64,000 nt of DNA from assembly GCF_002113885.1 (NCBI RefSeq), contig NW_018404396.1:588503-652502 (forward strand). Reading direction: 5' to 3'. Shown piece after piece: positions 54,301 through 64,000 of the stretch. Below the pieces are notes generated by a model that was not told the DNA's origin, did not search any database, and worked only from the letters and a program-made list of their open reading frames with translations. This DNA comes from Mizuhopecten yessoensis (lineage: Eukaryota). Position 1 is the stretch's first letter. Each line of letters opens with the position of its first letter. The position numbers were made by a program, and so were the translations under genes.

Positions 54301-56816
54301 CGCCTGTGCTCCTGTCATACTGGGGCGGTAACACAATTGAAGGGGTGTGGTCAAACTTCTACCCGCTGATCACTGATTAATGTGTGTTAATAGTTATCAC
54401 AGAACGAGTATTCTAACCAAGTTCATTTCCGCGAGTAGGGTAGGTATTGATCCCCACCGCTTGCTGTTACGGTGTAATAAGCGGATAGCCCGCTCCCGAC
54501 CGGTATATACCATCGCTTTATCGGGATTAATCAGAAATAGGGTTATATACAAAATCAATGCAATGCACCACTCCTAAACGAGGACATTATAACAGATTTT
54601 ACATTTGTTTTCGAAAAAATTTGTTACTATTTATACTTAATAATGCGACAAGATCATTGCATACAATGACCGTTTTAGATTCACAAAAATACTGATAGAC
54701 CTCATTACATTTTCTCAACACACGTATTATTGTATTATGGATAGAACTTTAATAAGCGATGCCTGGGCCTAATCCAATCGTATTTTTGGTACAATAAAAT
54801 TGATTTGAAACGAAATGAAACATATTATGTCATTACTGAACAAATGCGTAAATGAGCATGATACTTGTAGAGGTTAAATAGGCAGTGTTATCCAATAAAT
54901 TGAATAAACAATTTATCAATGATAAATGCCTGCTAATTTTAATCACTTTTTTCCGATACGTTGTTGTAATTTGCATTAAATACTATACATGTGATAACTT
55001 TTGCTCATGAAAAATAATAATTTGATATAAGTTTTGTAATAAAAATAACTGTTGTTATTCCCACTTTTTTATTTTTTCCCCGGCATTATTTAAATACTCA
55101 AACGTAACGTATAAGTTATTTAGAGTAAAAATACGAACAAGTGAAACGTTGAAACACGTGTTACAGATCAAATAACTTCAGTGAAGTGAATTTGTTATTT
55201 ATTTTGAATGAGATTGACAGATCAATGTTCTGCAAGTCACTGGCCTTGATGGTTGTAAATATCTGAGAAAAAAAACTTTTTCGGTGAATAAATGAACAAA
55301 GAATTAGAAAAAACACACTAATATGTGTGAACAAACTATAATTTGAAAAAAAAAGTAATTGCTGGCCGAACTTGTGTGGTGGGTTTCATTAAGATCGGAG
55401 ATGAACAGCTTTGAGTGAATGACCTGTTTCCTGCTAAAGACATCGTACGATGAAGCTACTCCGCTGTAGACACAGGGCATGGTTCTCTGCGGGAATAATC
55501 ATAGCCTTGTTGTCCCGCAAAATTATATTTCAAATTAATTAGTATGGAAAATGTCGGGTATAATTTCCGCGTGTCCCCGGTTGCTCTCAAGCGGCGTTAT
55601 CCCCAATATGAGGTCGGAAGAGGTGGTCGTAGCTCCGAGCTACACACCTGAGTTTGACTTAGATCGCATCCTTATTTTGATTTTTCACATTAACGTTTTG
55701 CCAGGAGGTATGCAAATGAAACTGGGCACAAAGGGAGGTGATTACACGGGTGGGGTAGCTGGGAGAAGCAAAAAGACCGAGTAAGTGACGAGACAGTGAC
55801 AATTAAACATTGAAAGGGCCATCCTATCTACCGTGATTACACCTCCAAACGGTTCATAAAGATAGAGATAAGGTTGCAAAATATTTTCTCTTCTGAAATA
55901 AACAGTAACTTGTTAATTTGATGGTTCGCTGGCGCTTCAATTGTCATCCTATTTCATATAAAGACGTTCTGTTTGTTGCTTTAAATAATTTGACAAAATC
56001 TGAAATGCAAAATAGTTCACTTGTTGTAAAGATAATGAAACGTCGAGTAGCCCGACGCTGCTCAGTTTGTAGTTGTCTGCCGAACCAAAGGTCTTGGATG
56101 AATATTCAGATTTACGATTTGCATAAAAACAGCGCCCGGTTAACGACGTAATGACGAGAGATAATATCTCGTAGTTTAAGGTGGGAGAACGAATCAAGGC
56201 TGGGTAAATTAATGTTTTATGTACGATATATATATGGGAAAATCATAAAGTTTTTTATCACAACAAACATGATTTACTCTAAGTAGCTTAATTTTCCCTT
56301 GTTTCTTAGTTAAATATATATTCAACGACTATACATCATGTTAAATCGGCAGGGATTTTACTGTAGGTATTTATTTTAATTCTTTCAGTAATATATTACC
56401 GATATAATTACACAACTTAGCTTGCTGAAATGTATAAAAAAAAAAAAAAAATTAAATAAGAAAATAAAAATCATAACGCATTTATTTTGTATATGTAGGC
56501 GTGTTTAAAAACACAATTGATAGCAACTTACAGCAATTTGTCATACGAGTTTGCTGACGTGTTTTCTTGCGCAGTTAATATTAAACAATATAATATATTT
56601 TACAACCATATCAATAAATAAGCTTACTTGAGTCTAGAATTTTCATACAAAGCCCATGTAGAGTTTGACTTATGTGTTGTGATAGGAAAGAAAACGAACA
56701 GTAACATTTTGTTTAAAGTGCATTGGTGTTAATCAGGGCTGATGTATAAGGAGTAGAAATAATTTATGTTAATACAAGGATTAATTGAGAGGAAAACAAA
56801 TGCTAGTTAAATGATT

Positions 56817-57146
56817 TATAATGTATATATCATGCAAACTACTAAAGTGTGTACAAGTGTGCATTGTGTATGCATACCTTTTGTGCGACAATGTGAAATT
56901 GATTGTAATGTATCATAGGCTATCGTTTAGTTAAAAAAAAAAAAGTAAAAAGAAAATAAATTAACTAAACGATAGCATATGATACATGACAATTAATTTC
57001 ACATTGTCGCACAAAAGGTATGCATACACAAAACACACTTGTACACACACAAACAACACACTTGTACACCCACAAACAACACACTTGTACACACACAAAC
57101 AACACACTTGTACACGCTTTAGTAGTTTGCAGGATATTACATTATA
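56817..57146. mobile_element. Fold-back/MITE-like element with ~118-bp inverted arms and a 23-bp tandem expansion in the right arm
   Basis: The left arm 56817-56934 is the reverse complement of 56961-57146 apart from extra AAACAACACACTTGTACACACAC units. The loop is A-rich and both ends are TATA. Confidence 0.85.
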
Positions 57147-58813
57147 GGGTAAAAACTCTCAAGTTATGCCTATCACGGCAACAATAGTAAGGAATAATTG
57201 TAAAATACACAATTAATTATAATAAATGTTTCTTTTATCAACTCAAATGTGATTTTTACATGTTATTAAGTATGAAGCTGACTACAAGTGGTATGCACGC
57301 TGTGAGTTATTTAAGATTGGTATGTGCAAGTTATCAAACTGAGTTTAGTTATCTATCATTTATTACAAACCATTACGTTTGATTAGTTTGTTGTGTTAAG
57401 ATGTCATGTGTACTTCACCCCTACTCTAACCAGGATGGTTTGGGCGCAGCTTAACTCGTAATGACATTAGTTTGAAGCGTGAAAACATTCCACACTTCGC
57501 TCTCAATTAGATTTTCATTCTTAATCACCAAAATATCTTTCCACAATTGTCCCCACGTCTACGTCCACTTTCTGTCAATGAGAGTCATTCCGGCGACACA
57601 AGTGACGAGCACTTGGGTTTTATTCTTTAATACGAAGGTCTTTCTTATAAGCCCCAATTTATCCAGAACAACAATAAGCTACAGACGGCTATAGACGGGC
57701 AATGTAGTGGTACGCACCACTCCATTTAACTCCCTTATGTTTACTTTTAATTGAATTTTCGAAATTCAAAATATGGAAGACTCCCTAGCTAATCAAATGT
57801 CAGCACGTGAATAGTGTTTTCATATTTGAAATAATTCAGACATACAAAAAGTGCTAGCTGTCATCCTGTTAGCCCCGTGTCACTAGCCGCGATCCTAGGT
57901 GGTATGGTCATCACATTTTCCATGTTTTCAGTGAGAAGAAAATGACAAGTGTATGCGTATCCTGTTTTGCTTTATTTCCTGTTTAAAATGTATCATCTTA
58001 ATGTATTCAAACACGACATTACCGTCTAAAAATGCAGGTTATAAACTTTCAACTTAAATCGTTTTAACTTAGCAAACTTCCGGGTCATTTAATTCGCCTT
58101 TACATTATTTCACATCCTTTAATTAATTCAAACCGGGAAGCCATTTTACATTCTCTAAAGAAAAAAATGATGATTAATGCTAAATGATATCCCTGTGCTT
58201 TGTAAAATATTATTTAATGTAATCATCCAAGGAGATGTTAAGGTATTGTCGCATTATCAATGCTTCTCTTTATATTCACTTGTTTCATGATTACACAGTA
58301 CAACACTTCAGAACCAGTATAGTTTCCGTATTATTTTGATTATTTTACGCATTTTCTTAAACTTTACAATGAAATTTGAACTGTTGTGAAACGTGAGGAA
58401 AGTATAGGTTAGCCCTTCCGTTTTCGCACTTGTTACGTCGGATAGGTTTATTTAGCCCTGTTAATTACAACACCAGGGCTATCGGTGTGTCGCCGATTGA
58501 AAATTAATGCATTCACTTTAAAATATAATACCAACATTTGATACTGGTCCGTGTAACTTGATATTAATGTTAATATCATTTGTGCCGGGGAAGTGAATAA
58601 ATTGCTCATAAAATAATGACATGGGGCTTATCTAGATAGAACATTTTTAAATATTTCAGCACATAAAAGGTGTACATTACCCGAACCGGCTCCCTCGTAG
58701 TCAGTATTGCGTATGCAACTTTTATGATGTTATAACAACCGCGGGTAGACTGCACTGTGTTCGGACCAAAAATAACACCCCGACTGTACATTAATATTCT
58801 GTGATATACATAC

Positions 58814-59610
58814 CCCGTTACTGCTTGTTGCTGCGGGGTGCGATCTCTCTGTCGGCGATTTTTGAACCAGTTGCTGACTTGTGTCAACGTTAAGCCAGTC
58901 TTTTTTGCTAAATTTCTCTTCTCATCTGGTGTTGGGTACCTATTTTGTTTATAACACTCTTTTAAAGCCTGACGAGATTTCTCCTTAAAACAATATACAG
59001 TTTCCTCTCCATCCCAAATAGTTTTGGGTAAAGGATACTTCCTTCTCAGTCTGTATTTGTCTACAGCACCCAAAGGTCGGCCGCGGATTTTTTGAGCTTC
59101 CATATAATGAGCTTTGTACCAAAGTTGCTGTAAAAAAGAATGATTGGTATCATGGAATTCATGACTTTCTAAAATTGCATAAAGTTCCCTGTAACTTCCT
59201 CTATGAAAGGCAACAGTTGCCCTGGCTTTGAGGACGGCCTCACTGCCTCTCAAAAGTTCGCTGGGGGGTAACGACCAGAGGAACCTGGCCAGTCTGTCGA
59301 TATCCCCCTTCTGCTGAAGAGCTTCACAAACACATGCCACCTGTTCGGGCGAGAAAGTCAGATTTTTGCCGGATAAAAGTTCCGAGGTGGTTGCTGAGGA
59401 GGGTGAGGCGGGGTTAGAAGTTTGTGTGTTTTCCCCCGACCCGTTCAATGGGTCGGAACTGTGGGTAGAGGAAACATCCCTCGTCATGGTAACGTTGCTT
59501 CCTCCTCCCGTAGAATCATTATGTGTGGACACACTCAGGATGGCGGTGGCACAATTGACGGGGTCGGGACTGAGGCCCGAGGGGTCGAGGCTGGGTGCCG
59601 TGTCCATCAT
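58814..59610 (-). CDS. SIX4: Six4/5-class homeobox protein, coding exon 1 (S/T-rich N-terminus, SIX domain, homeodomain)
   Basis: The translation contains the SIX domain ([15 protein letters not shown]...LARFLWSLP...[25 protein letters not shown]). The homeodomain has the ETVY tetrapeptide diagnostic of Six4/5 and WFKNRRQR (K50). The first ATG at 59610 follows an in-frame TGA at 59697-59695. A GG|GTATGT donor lies at 58814/58813. Confidence 0.96.
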
Positions 59611-59729
59611 CACCGTTCTCTGTTGATGTCGAGTCGTCTGGCACAGCACAGTCCTATATGCCGTGTTGAGATAACTGCAATAATATTTACAATGTCAAAT
59701 GCTTTTGATTGAGGACAATGTCGGGTGAC

Positions 59730-59880
59730 GAGCCGTGATTGGCCGCATCGTCACGAGAGGCTGTTCCACACACTGAAAGGGCGTGGCCCCGCTACGGGTA
59801 ATTGTCATTTCTCATATACCTGATGTGATCACTATTGTAGTTTATGAACTGTATCTGTCAAGCCTTTACACTTGATACCA
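59730..59880 (-). promoter_or_regulatory. Putative Six4/5 proximal promoter (CCAAT box, GC box)
   Basis: NF-Y-type GGCCAATCAC (minus strand, core 59742-59738) and Sp/KLF-type GGGCGTGGC (59779-59787) lie 130-180 bp upstream of the ATG. TGATACC is at 59873-59879. Confidence 0.55.
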
Positions 59881-62800
59881 TAACCATAAGATATGGTCGA
59901 TTTTTTAAATAAACTATCCACTTTGCTGTAATGAGTATGAAACGCATTACTATGTTTAGATACACATCGAACAGTAGTCTAGTCTTCCTCTCACCGTACA
60001 CCCTAAGGAACGTGCCTGTAATACAGTACGAAACCGTGTATTGTATATATGATGTTGGATAAATGATCTCGTTTTAGTTTTGTATACACAGTCTATGGTC
60101 TCTCGGGAGAGTGAACGCTCTGATTTTATCGACGTAGAAATTTGCATCTTATATACAATTATCGAGAAAGGGTAATTTCACGTACGTTAATAATCCTCTA
60201 AGAACTCCAACATCAAGGTCTGTAAGTTGATTACTCCGTAGCCAGCTAGGGAATCGTCCAGTTTTAAGGTTTATTAGTCATTTGCGATAATCAGAAGATA
60301 TCTGACAGTGTTTTCGACAATTGTGTCACCTGCATCAGCTGCATTATGTTAATGTCTGCTAGAATATGTATAAGAATATCCTATTGTTTGTTGTTTTTTA
60401 TAGTGGCATCCTTTGTTTCTTCATTCTTCATTTAATGTTACTGAACAGCTGTCAAATACATAATAAACTGTTATTCATACTGTAACATAAAATATATAAT
60501 TTAATTCTACTTTAATAGAAAAATCAATGAAATACAAATATCTTTGCTTTATTTGCAAATAATTATATTATATTTGATAATCATAGATATAGTATTATAT
60601 CAAACAATATATCTGTAATTTTATATTTAACATTATAGCTTAAATATTAAAATAAATGTTATATCTGAAATGTTATTTAATGAAGTCCATACAGAAAATT
60701 ATTAAATTGTTGATAAAGTTGCTATGGCCATCACGAACATTTGACAATAAATATCTGATATTATTTACAGCATGTAATTATTTAAATACGGTATAATAAA
60801 AATACAAGTTTTGTATTAAAATACAGTACAATGCATATCATTGTCGTATTTTTATCCAAATCGAGCGATATCTAATCATTTTATTTTATGACCTGACTAT
60901 CTATTGACAGTGAATGACTATATATTAATTGGAAAATAAAGCAGAAAATATACGTTTGTTTATACTAGAGAGGGGCAACATGTGGTAAAGTGATTGATTC
61001 AACTAAACATGTTTGTGTCATGCTTATTTTCTTAATGAACGAATGTAGGACTTGAATGAATATTCAATTTTATAAAAACAAATAAGATACGTATTGAATA
61101 TACATTACTATATTTCTCCTACAACAACAAGTTTCCTTACTTCCGGCCATTGGATGAACCTGTAAGAAGTTGGTAAATATTATAGAATTATGACGTCAAG
61201 TAACAATGCCTTGAGACTACATCTGCCATTATGACGTCATAGTTCACGGCAATGGTTTCCCCGTTCGGAAACAGGAACAATGTATTCCAGAGAGAGGCAA
61301 ATTGTTTTTTGGATATTATATGTGAACGTTATGGGAGAAAAGGGTTCCTAAAGTCGTGATGGTTAATTTTCATGTTCATCTAAGGCTTGTTAGTTAATTT
61401 TAAATTTGAAAAGACACTTGAAAAATGTCGTGTCTTTATCAAATTTAAAAATTAACTCGAGATAGATAAACACGGTAACCAACCATCACTCGTTAGGGAA
61501 CAGCTATACGTATATATTTAATTGCTCAGACATCTTTATCATCCTTCTTTGTCTGTTTGGAGATCAGTAAGTAAAGCTACATTATATTCTCACTCGTCGT
61601 TCTTGTTCCGCTAAATGATAGCTCGTACCATGTACTCGTACATTTCATATCCCTCTGCACTTCTCTGATTGAACTCCTGTGTTGTGTAATATCGATGTAT
61701 AATATCAGTTACTACAACGGTTTATCTTTGGTTCGTCATACAAAAAGTCAGATGCCTTCATGATGCATAGTACGCGCTATAGTACCCCATATTTATAAAT
61801 CTCGCACTGACACGTCCTTGTTAAGACTGTTACTCTGCTTGAGGCGTCGTCACTGGAGCACTGTACACGCATGTGTCAATCTTAAAACAAAACAAAATTG
61901 TCAATTAAATTTCAAATATACTAACGCATTTGCTATGTAGTCCATCATAGTGCATTAGAAACTAACACTTACAAAGACTGAGTCTGTATAAGTTCTCTCA
62001 AATTGTTCACTAGAATACATCATGTATATTTTATAAATTCTATAATTCAACAGCATGTTGCTACGAAATTAATTACGGTTTTTATACAAAATTAAGTATT
62101 TAAAGTAAAAGGATTTTTATTTAACTGGATATTCAGTAACAAAAATGCTTAGCATGCATTATTTGTAAAAAAAACTCCTTTTTCCTCAAAATGTTATACG
62201 TTTTAATTGTTGGGGGGAAATCTCAAAACACAGTAAAATGAGTAGATCTCGTTCGTGTGCGTCTATCCATGTACAGGGACAAGTCGGCAGAGATGAATTA
62301 TCTGCCAAGATTACAAAGCAGTAATCAAAAACTCATTTTGCAGCGATTCATTTTACAACATTGTCACTTGATACAATTGAACATATCCAAAATATTCTAC
62401 CTGATACTAACAATTATTACTTTCAAGAAAAATATGTTTGTCAAGAAAAATTACCGTATTGCTCCCTAATTAATTGGTAAAAGCCAACGGTAATGATGTA
62501 GGATCGATGTGCGTGTGGCTCAGGATCCAGCTAACTAATCTTTCCTAAATTGCAAACAAATTAACCACTAGCCTTCTAAACCCTCCCCCTCCTTGTCCTC
62601 CCCTCCCCCCAGCGCAGAATTACGTTTGGTGCCCCCTAACAAGATGATCCGACTCCGAACCAATAATCTGCATTAAATGCGTGGGATTCTTTCACGAGAT
62701 ATTAAATATCATATTACAGCCAAGATGAAAGGTTTTATACTGTAAGGAAATCTGGGCATCTAATGAACGGGCCATGTAATGTCCTTCACACAGCACAGTT

Positions 62801-63010
62801 ATGGTGTATTTTTTAGTATTGTTTTCGGTATATCAACCTTGTACATACAATATAATTTCCATCTAACAAATCTTAATTAAAAGCGGCAATAGATATTGAC
62901 TATGTTTTAACTATATTTTAGTCAGCAGAGAAAACTTTTAAAGCACATTTATCATTAGCAAACCAACATTGGTCTCTTCCAGTTGGTATAACTTGTTACA
63001 CAGTTCCAAG

Positions 63011-63225
63011 GACAAAGACAAAATTAGGATAAAATACAAAACAAATATATAACTAACACAAATACACAACTTCCTAAAAATGACAAAGACAAAATTAGGA
63101 TAAAATACAATACAAATATATAACTAAAACAAATACACAACTTCCTAAAAATGACAAAGACAAAATTAGGATAAAATATAAAACAAATATATAACTAACA
63201 CAAATACACAACTTCCTAAAAATGA
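63011..63225. repeat. 71-bp tandem triplication
   Basis: GACAAAGACAAAATTAGGATAAAATA starts at 63011, 63082 and 63153. Confidence 0.95.
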
Positions 63226-64000
63226 TCTTTCGATACATTGACAGGCGAGTAACCTTCCAGGACGTTCGTATGGTAAAAAGGTTAATTTATTGTTTACATT
63301 TTTTATGTTGTCAACTGTTACTTCAAAATTATTTTATTTATATTCAGCGGCAATACTGATATATTACATTTCTTATGTTGCTAACTGTTACTTTGTGTAC
63401 CTTTATCCCCACAATAGTAGATCGATCGTTAGTCAAAGGCAAACGGTGGTTTGTAAAAAAATGTGTATACCATGCAATTTTATTTGTTGAGAAACATTGA
63501 ATTACCCCAAGAAGCATTTTTTTAACACGGCGATTAAAACAGCAGAGAAGCATCACTGTCCCGAAAGTACGCCAAAAAGCATGCTTTATCTTAGCGGCAG
63601 GAACGTATGGTCAGCACATTATTTTTAATGTACTTGTGCGAGTGAATCAGCTAAAAAACATAGGTGACGTTCAAATATAGAAACTACATAGAACAACAGT
63701 GTACGTGATGTTAAGTGTTAGAGTCGTTCCTCTGTTTTAAGTTAGTACTACATTCATAGAAAGTATGTCTCTTCTCCAAATCAAACTTGGCTGTAGCGTA
63801 ATAGCACACACAACAAAACACACTAAATAATAATTAAACTGTAGTTACAGTATATAAAGGATCTTCTGTATAATCACGGTTAATATAGATATTTATAGTA
63901 GGACCACTTTCAAGCAGTGTAAATAATTCAGGAATCCGTTAAAGCTTATCAAAACGATCACAAAATGTTGGGGCGGGGCGAGCTGACTAATTAGTAAAAT

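Larger units (their letters stand above)
20844..58813 (-). other. Predicted ~38 kb GT-AG phase-2 intron of Six4/5
   Basis: GTATGT donor and CAG acceptor have compatible phase, and no convincing in-phase internal exon was found by eye. Confidence 0.7.

Noticed and set aside
58606-58813. C-terminal ~69 aa of the 347-aa ORF (YVYHRILM...HVIIL)
   Set aside because: It lies beyond a good GTATGT donor, is AT-rich and unlike SIX proteins, so it is intron read-through. The GTG start at 59649 is also not a plausible eukaryotic start.
58816-58821. Alternative donor GCA|GTAACG
   Set aside because: It is phase 0, incompatible with the phase-2 acceptor at 20843, and a weaker consensus match.
59366-59712. 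Plus-strand ORFs overlapping Six4/5 exon 1
   Set aside because: These are antisense shadows of a GC-rich coding exon.
1-64000. Scattered TGAYACC SIX half-sites as evidence of autoregulation
   Set aside because: About ten are expected by chance in 64 kb at this base composition, similar to the number seen.

Overview
This is AT-rich animal (eukaryotic) genomic DNA, probably a lophotrochozoan such as a bivalve mollusc; the taxon is inferred from the repeat content and not proven. One intact protein-coding gene is supported: a minus-strand Six4/5-class SIX/sine oculis homeobox gene. Exon 1 (59610-58814) encodes the SIX domain and an ETVY-type homeodomain. It appears to splice in phase 2 across a ~38 kb intron to a His-rich terminal exon (20843-20540), giving a ~366 aa protein. 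The rest is non-coding: about a dozen unrelated minisatellite arrays (units 19-71 bp, roughly 11 kb in total), several non-autonomous DNA transposons and fold-backs, a Crypton-like recombinase fragment, decayed retroelement remnants, a tRNA-like element, and GC-richer islands that are candidate cis-regulatory elements. Nearly all ORFs in the supplied track are artefacts of repeats or non-coding DNA. I did not find a clearly novel multi-gene system. The best leads are the spliced Six4/5 model, a tRNA-like element with a Ser anticodon on a Phe-like body next to a CTCF/SIX motif island, a promoter-like motif cluster inside the Six4/5 3'UTR, and the layered 22-bp intronic satellite.
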